From the NCBI GenBank assembly GCA_964187785.1, contig OZ076415.1:65906001-65970000 (forward strand): DNA of 64,000 nucleotides, given 5' to 3'. The notes beneath the pieces are model-generated. The model ran no database searches. It worked only from the letters and a program-made list of their open reading frames with translations, and had not been told where the DNA came from. Below are positions 48,250 to 59,989 of the stretch, one piece after another; the stretch's first letter is position 1, and the number at the start of each line of letters is the position of its first letter. This stretch comes from Amphiscolops sp. MND2022 (taxonomy: Eukaryota). The translations under genes were made by a program, and so were the position numbers.

Positions 48250-51200
48250 CTTAGTTTCGTGGTCATTTGACTTAAAATCTTTATACGCCAAATGACTCGA
48301 GAAAAAAATTGAACCGAATGACTATCAGCCAAGTGACTTGTGCCCATTTTCAAACATGGAAGTACTAGGTGCTCCAGGCAATAGCAGTGAACTTTTCACT
48401 ACGTGTTTCTGTAAAACGATCTGTCGATGGCTCGACAATCAACGAGCTGACAGCTTTGTGAAGCAACGGACAACGAATCTCAATGGCGCTTCAGATAGGC
48501 AATGCGGGCGTGTTCTAGGAACTGTAACCTACAGAGATGCGTTCGAAGATTTTTTTACATAGTTTATTTCATTAAACCTCTACCATTGCAGCTTTTTAAA
48601 AAAATTGTTTGGCGGGTTCGCAACCCGATCAGCTTTTGTTGTGTTGTTTTTCCGTTATTGTTTCTGTCGATCGACTGTGATAGTGGCTGTTGTGAACAGG
48701 CCATATTTTTGTTGCTTTCGGTCTACTGAGATAGTGACTGGTGATAAGAAGGAGTTTCTATTTTGGTGAGGAAACATATCACACACCTACCGAAAATCTT
48801 CAACGTCCCAATTGACTCTGTCTGGACTATTGTCACTATCAACAGAATACCAATTTTATTGGGAGCTGTCTTCATACCACCAACCAGCTCACCGAAACTC
48901 CAAACCTTTATAGGTCAGCTCGAGGAAGCGGTGACCTTTTCCACTAGACAGAACCTCGAAGTTCCGCTAGCGGGTGACCTTTTTGCTAGACACCCAATGT
49001 GGGGAGATAGATCAACGAATGAGCATGGCAGAACTCTCGTGAACGCACTACACGAATCCCCCAGGGTGCTAAATGTCATTAACGAGGGACAAACCACTTT
49101 TGTGTCAACCAACGCAGTGTTATCGACCACTTTATTACGTCAGAGAGAATAGTTGAAACTACAAACTTCATAATGGTAGGCCACGAGACAGAATTGTTCA
49201 CTGAAGCTCTGACGTGGGAACACCTTCCCAAATGGCTGAACATGAAAGGAGAAGACACAAAAGAAGTCAAACTTTAAAAAGACCTCACGAACGCCAATTG
49301 GGAAGGATTCTACGACTGTGTAGAAAGCCTTCTAACACAAGGGATAGATTTCAAGACAATGGACGCCGACTCCTCATGGTTGCTACTGAAAGAAGCGCTT
49401 CAAACTGCTTCAGAACAACATAATCCAGTGAAGAAGGTCTGTTGTTTTTCGAAACTGTATTGGCGCGAAGAACTCAGTTCGAAAAGCATAGATCTCCGTA
49501 AGCACGGAGAAACTACCGATACCGTAGCTCGGCGAAAAACCTCAAGCTTTTTTTTAGAGAACTTCAAAAATCCTTTCAAAGTTTAGTAAATGACAAAGCA
49601 AACGAATACTTCAAAAGCTCCATCGAAGACGTTACCGATAGTCACTCAAAAGACTTTTGGAAGCGTTTCAATGAGTTTTTCACGGACAAGGTAGATGCTG
49701 GATTTTCACCGTTGTTGAAAGGGAAAAAATTCCACTTTGCTGAAAACGACAAAAGAGATACAATTCGTGGAACTTTTTTCAGGGGGAAAACATTTGGAGG
49801 AATTCAGCTTCAACGACGACTTCAAGCTACACGTAGAAAAAACTTTACAACAACCCCTACATTCCGAAAGACCTGAAAGAGAAAGTGACCGGTGATTTAA
49901 CTGCGACTTCACCTTCGAAGAACTGGAATACACTCTGCGTTTTTAGGAAACATCGGGAAAGTCCCTCGATAACGACAACATCCATTCCAAAATGATTAAG
50001 TACACAGGACCCCGATTTAAAGAAGTCCTTCTTCACACTCCAAACCGAACACTGAATGAAAATTTTTGGCCGTGGAATCATTCGAAAGAGACATTTCTGA
50101 CGAAGCAAGGTAAAACAGACTACACGACACCGTCAGAGTATCGACCGATAACAATCTCCAGCTATGTCGAAAAAAGTGTGGAAAGAATATTGGATGCCAG
50201 GCTGAGAAGCTTCTTCAAAAAATTCAAACTGATAGACGAAGAGCAGGAAAGCTTCTAGTCCCACAAGAGCACAGTAAGGTCGTTGTATAGGTTGAAAATG
50301 GAATGTCAAGAAATGAGAATGAGCATAAGAAGTGGCGCCTTTATATTCATTGACTTCAAGAAGGCCTTCGATTCCGAATAGATCAATGGACTGCTCCAGA
50401 AACTCTATCAATTGGGAGTTAGAGGTAAATTCATTAAGCTGACTGGAAGTATTCTGAAAAGCCGACAACTCAGCATAGAAATTGATTTTCTGAGCAAGCA
50501 ATACCTTGAAGCCAAAGATGGAACATCACACGGTGGTATGATATCACCAATTCTGTTCATTTTTTCGTTTCCGACATGTTTAAAAACCTCAACTGTAAAA
50601 AGTTCAAAATCGCTGACGATGGAAACCTCCTAGTGACAGAAATCACTGGAACTCAAGTCTATCTGAAGTGTCAAATTATTCTTAAACAACTGGAACTATG
50701 GTGCAAAAATTGGAGGATCGCAGCAGTCAATGGTGACAAGACGTCATTGATCTACCTCAACACTGAGAATACGCACGCCCCGAAGTTTTTCAGCAATCCT
50801 GGGTTTGATTGTTGACAACAAACTGAGTTTCAACGAACATCTACAGAAAGTAGAAGGGAAAGTTGCTAAACAGCTGAACATATTCAAAACGTTTTGCGGC
50901 TTTAATGGGGGTCTAAACCAAGGAACGCTCATAAATGTTTGCAAATCTCGAGTGCTCCCCCGACTTCTGTACGCGGCCCCTGTGTCGGCCAAGAAACACG
51001 TTCAAGCACTTAGCTGATTCCAATACACCGCGCTCAAACTTCTAATAGGTACAAGTACGAAATTCGACCAGTTGGCAGCAGAAACACTGTGCGGTCTCCC
51101 GCCTATGCAATTACAAATTGACATTATCACTATTAAATTTGTATTCAAGCTTTCTCAACAGCAGGACATACTGTGGAAACTGTGTCTGAAATGTCAATTG

Positions 51201-51660
51201 CCAGAAATACAAAATGATAAAAACTTCATTAACGGTTTTTATGAAGTCACAGGTGCAACAAATTGTTACACGGTGTCAACATCTCATGAGTACCTCAGAA
51301 GTAGATGGAACAGAATGTTCAAGAAGGCGCTCAGGACTATTCCACTGGATTGGTCAACCCCTCAAATTGAATTGAAAGGATTGCCTATCTAAAAACGACA
51401 AGCCGACACCTAGAAAGAACTATCAACAAATTCTTTTTCAATTGCAACGTGGAACCGACCGAATAAACGTACCAAATTTGGCGAGCGGACCCTTCCTTCT
51501 GCACTTGTCGAGTAGGTACGGAACCAGTCCTGCATTACTTATTCTTTTCCCCCTGTACAAGCGAATTAGGTCCAGTTTGTAGAATACCAGTTTGTAGAGT
51601 TCTACGAACTTTTTCTAGATGCTCCAGTCTGTAGAATATTTTCTACAAACTAGATCATTA
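48250..51660 (+). mobile_element. Decayed I/Jockey-group LINE (APE + RT + C-terminal CCHC)
   Basis: APE: ILLGAVFIPP, AGDLFARHPMWGDRSTNEHGR. RT: YRPITISSYVEKSVERIL, FIDFKKAFDS, GTSHGGMISPILF, IADDG. Tail: CTCRVGTEPVLHYLFFSPC. Bracketed by an inverted ~30-bp repeat (TCAGTTTTT.AGATCTT at ~48060 / AAGATCTAAAAACTGA at ~51760). Confidence 0.9.
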
Positions 51661-51869
51661 ATTTCTTTAAACTGGATCAATAAGTTCTACAAACAGGACA
51701 TCTTTGACACAAGATCATGAGAGCTCCACCGCAAAGATCTAAAGAAATAAGATCTAAAAACTGAAATGTGGGGCATATCTGGTATATGCATGCTTCGCGA
51801 AATCCATTCCCGCTAACTCTTTGCTCCTGTTCGACCTCGCTCATCAAAGATGGACTCTCACAAAGTAGT

Positions 51870-53160
51870 GTGATATCACCAATTCTGTTCGTTTTTTTTC
51901 GTTTCCAACATGTTCAAAAACCTCAACTGTAAGAAGTTCAATCACGCTGACGATGGAAACCTTAAGACAGAAGACACTTAAACTCAAGCTGTCAAATTTT
52001 TCTCAAACAACTGGAACGGTGGTTCAAAAATTGGTGGCTCGCAGTCAATGGTGACAAGACGTCAATAATCTAACTCAACACTGAGAACACGCACGCCCCG
52101 AAGTTTTTCAGCAAGGCCTGCAAGGTCACCAGAAACACAAAAATACTGGGTTTCATTGTGGACAACAAACTGAATTTCAACGAACATCTACAGCAGGTAG
52201 AAGAGAAAATTGCTAAACAGTTGATCATATTCAAAAAGTTTTGCGGCTCTAATTGGGGTCTAAAGCAAGCAACGCTCATAAAACTTTGCAAAACTCTAGT
52301 GCTCCGCCGACGCCGACTTCTGTACGCGGCCCCTGTGTGGGCCAGGAAACATGTTCAAGCACTTAGCCGATTCCAATACAACACGCTCAAACTTATCATA
52401 GATACAAGTACGAAATGCGATAAGTTGGCAGCGGAAATACTGTGCCGTCTCCCGCCTATGCAAATTCAAACTGACACTGTTACTAATTTAAAATTGGAAT
52501 CAAGCTTTATCAATAGCAGGACATATTGTTGAAACTGTATCGGAAATGTCAATTGCCAGAAATAAAAAGTGATAAAAACTTCATTAACGGTTTTTATGAA
52601 GTCACAGGTGCAACAAATTTTTACACGGTGTCAGTTTGCCTTGAGTACCTGAGAAGTAGATGGAACAGAATTTTCAAAAATGCGCTCACGACTACCTCAA
52701 CGGATTGGTCAATCACTCAAAATGAATTGGAAGGAATTGCCTATCCAAAAACAACAAGCAGACACCTAGAAAGAACTATCAACAAATTCCTTTTCAATTG
52801 CAACGTTGAACCGACCGAAAATGCGTATCAAATTTGGCGGGCGGAGACTCCGCTCTGCACTTGTCGAGTAGATACGGAACCAGTCCTGCATTACTTATTC
52901 TTTTCCCCCTGTACAAGCGAATTAGGTCCAGTTTGTAGAATACCAGTTTGTAGAGTTCTACGAACTTTTCTAGATGCTCCAGTCTGTAGAATATTTTCTA
53001 CAAACTAGATCATTAATTTCTTTAAACTGGATCAATAAATTCTACAAACAGGACATCTTTGACACAAGATCATGAGAGCTCCACCGCAAAGATCCAAAGA
53101 AATAAGATCTAAAAACTGAAATGTGGGGCATATCTGGTATATGCATGCTTCGCGAAATCC
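51870..53160 (+). mobile_element. Second, 5'-truncated copy of the same LINE 3' part plus its downstream flank
   Basis: Matches 50538-51800; the coding part is clearly diverged while the last ~330 bp are nearly identical. Confidence 0.9.
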
Positions 53161-53163
53161 TTT

Positions 53164-56100
53164 CCCGCTAAGTCTTTGCTCCTGTTCGACCTCACTTGGC
53201 AAAATGGGAACATAAGCGGCCCCAAGGGGCACCGGGGTACTAGAGGAAATGGGGACATATCCGAGGCACGTTTTATACTTTGCATCATTCCTACATTGTT
53301 GCTCTTATTGTTTTTCTTCAATTCCAGAATTCTACAAACTGATATTCTACAAACAGGACCTACCCAGGTTGTAGAAAACCAGTTTGTAGAATCCAGTTTG
53401 TATAAAAAAATCTACAAACTGAACCTCATTTTTCTACGAACTGGATTCTACAAACTGATTTTCGACAATTGGTTACATGCCGTACGAGCAGTTTCTAGCG
53501 CCCGAATTTGCCACAGGAAATATCTTTTCGTTTACATGGAACACGAACTTTAAAAATTTCATCATAGATTCTGGACGTTTCGAAAGTAGAACAGAAAGGA
53601 AGCGGCACTTTCAAGAGAATACTCTACTACTGAAGACTCATAGTTTCTGAGGCTATACCTAACAGACCTTCAACTTTTACTTTATTTACACAGAACTGAC
53701 ACCACGTGCCTAAAACATAATCGCTAGATTAACCCGCAATTTAGGGGTTGCGTAGCTTCTATAGAAATCTGATCACAGTCAGATTCAAATTGCTTGTACA
53801 AACTGGTTCGATCATCAGGAATACCATTGATAATCATCATAAGCTCATCTGAAGGAAGACATTGGGTTGTGCAGAGGTGGTAAGACGAGACTTAGTGAGG
53901 ACCTCTTCAATCTGTTCATTGACAGTCTTTGGATTTTTTCAACACATTCAGTGACTGATTTGACTTTTACATGATTAGAATCATCTTTATGCTTTTTAAT
54001 TTTGAGACAAGAATTACAAATAAAAAAGAATATGCCTATAGATTATTAAGTCAAGGCACCCTGGCGGCAGACAAGAGCAAACACATGATACCTCTGATAC
54101 CTTGATTTCTCGCATTTGGTACAATGAAAGTATTACAATCATGAAGAGCAAAAAATTCCTCGTTACCACGAAAGCCGGTTGCATAATACGTAACGTCAAG
54201 CTAGTGGCTTGCGGCAATAAAGTCGAATTTTGACTCGTCGAATGAATATTGTAGATGAAAAACGTCGAATGAATGGCGTAGAATTTAGTCGAACAGATTT
54301 GAGTCGAACTCTTGTCGAATTTGGTCGAATTGAAACTTTGGGTCCAAAAAATAATTTAGGTACTTTTTCCCATCTAATATGGGGTCATATACTGTGTATG
54401 CACTCTCACCCTCACCATCGCAAAGACCAGCTCCCACTACGATCGCTTCGCGATCTCCATTCCCGCTAAGTCTTTGCTCCTGTTCGACCTCACTTGGCAA
54501 AATGGGAACATAAGCGGCCCCAAGGGGCACCGGGGTACTAGAGGAAATGGGGACATATCCGAGGCACGTTTTATACTTTGCATCATTCCTACATTGTTGC
54601 TCTTATTGTTTTTCTTCAATTCCAGAATTCTACAAACTGATATTCTACAAACAGGACCTACCCAGGTTGTAGAAAACCAGTTTGTAGAATCCAGTTTGTA
54701 TAAAAAAATCTACAAACTGAACCTCATTTTTCTACGAACTGGATTCTACAAACTGATTTTCGACAATTGGTTACATGCCGTACGAGCAGTTTCTAGCGCC
54801 CGAATTTGCCACAGGAAATATCTTTTCGTTTACATGGAACACGAACTTTAAAAATTTCATCATAGATTCTGGACGTTTCGAAAGTAGAACAGAAAGGAAG
54901 CGGCACTTTCAAGAGAATACTCTACTACTGAAGACTCATAGTTTCTGAGGCTATACCTAACAGACCTTCAACTTTTACTTTATTTACACAGAACTGACAC
55001 CACGTGCCTAAAACATAATCGCTAGATTAACCCGCAATTTAGGGGTTGCGTAGCTTCTATAGAAATCTGATCACAGTCAGATTCAAATTGCTTGTACAAA
55101 CTGGTTCGATCATCAGGAATACCATTGATAATCATCATAAGCTCATCTGAAGGAAGACATTGGGTTGTGCAGAGGTGGTAAGACGAGACTTAGTGAGGAC
55201 CTCTTCAATCTGTTCATTGACAGTCTTTGGATTTTTTCAACACATTCAGTGACTGATTTGACTTTTACATGATTAGAATCATCTTTATGCTTTTTAATTT
55301 TGAGACAAGAATTACAAATAAAAAAGAATATGCCTATAGATTATTAAGTCAAGGCACCCTGGCGGCAGACAAGAGCAAACACATGATACCTTTGATACCT
55401 TGTTTTCTCGCATTTGGTACAATGAAAGTATTACAATCATGAAGAGCAAAAAATTCCTCGTTACCACGAAAGCCGGTTGTGGTAACGTAATACGTAACGT
55501 CAAGCTAGTGGCTTGCGGCAATAAAGTCGAATTTTGACTCGTCGAATGAATATTGTAGATGAAAAACGTCGAATGAATGGCGTAGAATTTAGTCGAACAG
55601 ATTTGAGTCGAACTCTTGTCGAATTTGGTCGAATTGAAACTTTGGGTCCAAAAAATAATTTAGGTACTTTTTCCCATCTAATATGGGGTCATATACTGTG
55701 TATGCACTCTCACCCTCACCATCGCAAAGACCAGCTCCCACTACGATCGCTTCGCGATCTCCATTCCCGCTAAGTCTTTGCTCCTGTTCGACCTCACTTG
55801 GCAAAATGGGAACATAAGCGGCCCCAAGGGGCACCGGGGTACTAGAGGAAATGGGGACATATCCGAGGCACGTTTTATACTTTGCATCATTTCTACATTG
55901 TTGCTCTTATTGTTTTTCTTCAATTCCAGAATTCTACAAACTGATATTCTACAAACAGGACCTACCCAGGTTGTAGAAAACCAGTTTGTAGAATCCAGTT
56001 TGTATAAAAAAATCTACAAACTGAACCTCATTTTTCTACGAACTGGATTCTACAAACTGATTTTCGACAATTGGTTACATGCCGTACGAGCAGTTTCTAG

Positions 56101-57170
56101 CGCCCGAATTTGCCACAGGAAATATCTTTTCTTTTCGTTTACATGGAACACGAACTTTAAAAATTTCATCATAGATTCTGGACGTTTCGAAAGTAGAACA
56201 GAAAGGAAGCGGCACTTTCAAGAGAATACTCTACTACTGAAGACTCATAGTTTCTGAGGCTATACCTAACAGACCTTCAACTTTTACTTTATTTACACAG
56301 AACTGACACCACGTGCCTAAAACATAATCGCTAGATTAACCCGCAATTTAGGGGTTGCGTAGCTTCTATAGAAATCTGATCACAGTCAGATTCAAATTGC
56401 TTGTACAAACTGGTTCGATCATCAGGAATACCATTGATAATCATCATAAGCTCATCTGAAGGAAGACATTGGGTTGTGCAGAGGTGGTAAGACGAGACTT
56501 AGTGAGGACCTCTTCAATCTGTTCATTGACAGTCTTTGGATTTTTTCAACACATTCAGTGACTGATTTGACTTTTACATGATTAGAATCATCTTTATGCT
56601 TTTTAATTTTGAGACAAGAATTACAAATAAAAAAGAATATGCCTATAGATTATTAAGTCAAGGCACCCTGGCGGCAGACAAGAGCAAACACATGATACCT
56701 CTGATACCTTGATTTCTCGCATTTGGTACAATGAAAGTATTACAATCATGAAGAGCAAAAAATTCCTCGTTACCACGAAAGCCGGTTGCATAATACGTAA
56801 CGTCAAGCTAGTGGCTTGCGGCAATAAAGTCGAATTTTGACTCGTCGAATGAATATTGTAGATGAAAAACGTCGAATGAATGGCGTAGAATTTAGTCGAA
56901 CAGATTTGAGTCGAACTCTTGTCGAATTTGGTCGAATTGAAACTTTGGGTCCAAAAAATAATTTAGGTACTTTTTCCCATCTAATATGGGGTCATATACT
57001 GTGTATGCACTCTCACCCTCACCATCGCAAAGACCAGCTCCCACTACGATCGCTTCGCGATCTCCGTTGCCGCTAGGTCTTTGCTCCTGTTCGACCTCTC
57101 TTAGCAAGATGGGAACATAAGCGGCCCCTAGGGGCCGCGGGGCACTAGAGGAAATGGGGCATATCCGACG
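53164..57170 (+). repeat. Tandem array of three ~1.3-kb units (periods 1298, 1304, ~1303)
   Basis: Identical ORF sets recur (53176/54474/55778; 54230/55534/56837). Each unit holds TTCTACAAAC inverted subrepeats, an RT-like scrap LSEDLFNLFIDSL, GTCGAA repeats and a ~200-bp structured element. Confidence 0.95.
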
Positions 57171-57746
57171 GCCAAAACATTGTTTGAACATTTTACATTT
57201 GCACTGACATCGACGCAATTACATTGACATAAGTCCGTCGACGATGGTACTTCGACGCTAGTTATACGGTTTAAAAAGGACTTTAGTCTTTCGACTTTGA
57301 TGCTGGACACTAAGTTGTGACGCACATACTAGAACTGGGACCCTGTTAAAGTTGCCTACACAAGAGACTATAGTCCTCTAGCTACCCTAAACAGGAATGT
57401 TCAATCAATAATTGAAAAAACAATCATTGCAGTGATTGGTAAACAATAATTGGTTGCTAGTTACTCTCCGCCCCAATTAGTGATTGCCGATTTTCCAAAT
57501 ATTGGCAATTATTTGACTAAGGCCCTACAAAGAAAAAATATTGATTTGTCGTCCGTAAGAGCTTTATTTGATGAAACATGCTGTAAATATTACGGAAGAA
57601 AACAAGTGCTTTTATTCGAATGCTCGTATAGTCAAAAGTAAACATTTCGAAACGGGTAGTAAAAATACTGGAGCGCCGCGAAACTGAGATGGCACTTTGC
57701 GAAAAATTTGCCTCTGCGAGATTGAAAAAGATTAAAGGTCAACAAG

Positions 57747-58786
57747 TAGGGGCGGGAATAACGTCTAAGGAATAAAGTCTAAAGGAATAACGTCTAAATT
57801 TTACTCATTTTTCAGGGATAACGTCTAAAAATTTAGACGTTATTCCCGTTGTTTTAGATATTATTCCCGATTTTGAAATTTTGTTTCTTGTGCTGAAAAG
57901 TTCTTCCCTTGCCCTAGTTTTCTGGATCGAACTATGAAATAATCGAAGCCCACGGAATAAGAGCAAAAGTCTTTGTGTCTGATGGGTATTTGTTACTAAA
58001 TTTTAAAAAAACGTCCAAAATATCAAAAAACTATGCAAATACGTCCGAAAAAAGAAAAAACGTATAATAATGCAGAAAAAAGCCCAAAATATCCGAACGT
58101 CATCTAAATACGACTGAGAAACGGGAAAAACAAATTAAATTGGAAAATAATAAATCGTTTTAGATCTAAAAAGTGATATAAATTATAAAACGTGCCTCGG
58201 ATATGTCCCTATTCCCTCTAGTGCCCCGCGGCCCTTTGGGGCCGCTTATGTTCCCATCTTGCTAAGCGAGGTTGAACAGGAGCAAAGACCAACCGGTAAC
58301 GGAGATCGCGAAGCGATCGTAGTTGGAGCTGGTCTTTGCGACGGTGAGGGCGAGCGTGCATACACCGCATATGCCTCACATTTTGATATTTTCGCTTTCA
58401 GAAAGCCTTTTTGAAACAGGAATAACGTCTAAAGCTTCAGACGCTAGTCTCAAAAATGTTTTTTTTTCAGACGTTATTCCCGTTTTGTATTTAGATGTTA
58501 TTCCTCAGACGTTCTTCCCGCTGCCACGTATTTTGATGATTTTTTGACGTTTTGGACGTTTTTGCCAATTTTAGACGTTATTCCCGTTTTTCGGACGAAT
58601 TTTGATCGTTTTTTGACGTTTTAAACGTATGTCAGTTTTAGACGTTATTCCTCTTTTTAGACGTTATTCCGCTTTTTAGACGTCATTCCACTTTTTACAC
58701 GTTATTCCCGTTTTTTAGACGTTATTCCCGTTCATTTCTTTCAGACGGTATTCCCGGTGAACTTTTAGACGTTATTCCTGTTCCCC
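57747..58786. mobile_element. Foldback/Mutator-type element (1040 bp) with GACGTTATTCC subrepeat arrays
   Basis: Exact 9-bp TSD GTCAACAAG at 57738-57746 and 58787-58795; inverted GGAATAACGTCTAA / TTAGACGTTATTCC arrays. Confidence 0.85.
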
Positions 58787-58859
58787 GTCAACAAGAACCA
58801 GAGACGTAGTGTGATGATGATGATGATTTTGCCTCAGTGATTCTCAAGAAGAAAGCAAG

Positions 58860-59364
58860 GGGTGGCTGTAAATAGGTCGAATTTTTCTGGTCGAAAGGAC
58901 AGAGGTCGAACTTTTTGATCGAATTGCAGGGAAGGAATGTAGTGCGGTCGAGTTTGATCGAAGCCTTCGGGTCGAAAACGTTCTTTGTTAGCCTCAAGTC
59001 GATTGACTATCATAATGTGGGGCATATGCTGTGTATGCACGCTCGCCCTCACCGTCGCAAGGACCAGCTCCCACTACGATCGCTTCGCGATCTTCGTTCT
59101 CGCTAGGTCTTTGCTCCTGTTCGACCTCGCAAGATGGGAGCATAAGCAGCCCCAAGGGGCCGCGGGGCACTAGGGGAAATGGGGACATATCCGAGACACG
59201 TTTTATACTTTTGTAGAAAATTCTATCTGCGGCATTTCGATTTGTTTCCCAAAAATCAAAATTTCGATCCGAGTTATTTCGATCTCATTCAAAAATTTGG
59301 TATGTCGACCCGAGGACTATCTCTGATTTTCGATCCCGTTCTTTTGACCTACTTCCGTCCACCC
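58860..59364. mobile_element. Mutator-type MITE (505 bp) with (G/T)TCGA subrepeats
   Basis: Exact 9-bp TSD GAAAGCAAG at 58851-58859 and 59365-59373; imperfect TIR GGGTGG....TAGGTC / GACCTA....CCACCC. Confidence 0.85.
59015..59215 (+). mobile_element. ~200-bp GC-rich structured interspersed repeat (SINE- or Helitron-like); other copies at ~54375-54580, ~55680-55880, ~56985-57170, 58190-58385 (minus), partial at 51765-51845 and 53119-53280
   Basis: Conserved GATCGC-TTC-GCGATC hairpin, a GCGGCCCC..GGGGCCGC-type hairpin (perfect at ~57121-57138) followed by ...CACTAG, and TGGGG(A)CATAT at both ends. Confidence 0.7.
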
Positions 59365-59760
59365 GAAAGCAAGTACCATAATTTAGAGTTTTTGTTGCCG
59401 ACATCTAAATTGCTCGAAAAATTTTTCAGCACAGCTGGTTTGGTTTTGTCCAAACTGCGACACAGACTGACACCAGAACATCTTGAGCAGCAGCTTTTCC
59501 TCAAAACCATTAATAAACTGTGGACTATCGAAACTGTCTAAAGTTTTTAACAAGTGAATGCTTTTGTGAAGTGATTTGCTGTTTGAAATGAACTGATTGC
59601 TAATCGATTGTGCTGGACGATTGCGAAAGCACCGGTCGACTGCGATAGTGACTGGTATGAGTGGGTCAGGGAGCCATTTGGGCGACAATATGGCGTCGGT
59701 CACATGGGCGACAAAAGTGTCGACCAAATGGGTTGATCAGATTGATCAATTAACTGATAT

Positions 59761-59889
59761 ATTTGAAGAGGTTAGCATATTTGTTGAATGGCTGGGTCGC
59801 TTCGCTCCTTTCGCCAAGTAGCAACATTGAGACATGGCCATATGGCACGTCCTTCCGCTTAGCTCCTGCATTTAGGGCACTAGGGTTAA
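59761..59889 (-). mobile_element. piggyBac-like terminus with TTAA target
   Basis: ...GGGCACTAGGG|TTAA, i.e. TTAA|CCCTAG on the minus strand, the canonical piggyBac end pattern. Confidence 0.65.
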
Positions 59890-59989
59890 AAAAACACTGA
59901 ATTCCTTAATTAAAAGAGACATCATTTTGTTTCTTTAAAAAAGGCAGTGTGATTAGTAATAAAAACAAAATTATTTCTGCATCAATTAT

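Larger units (their letters stand above)
57400..59540 (+). pseudogene. Decayed hAT transposase C-terminal half, interrupted by two insertions
   Basis: LTKALQRKNIDL (57450-57641) and the dimerisation domain PTSKLLEKFFSTAGLVLSKLRHRLTPEHLEQQLFL (59390-59540). Confidence 0.7.

Noticed and set aside
53032-57325. Repeated 60-160 aa ORFs as a tandem gene family
   Set aside because: No domain or codon signal; they recur only because the 1.3-kb unit is repeated, and they break at small indels.
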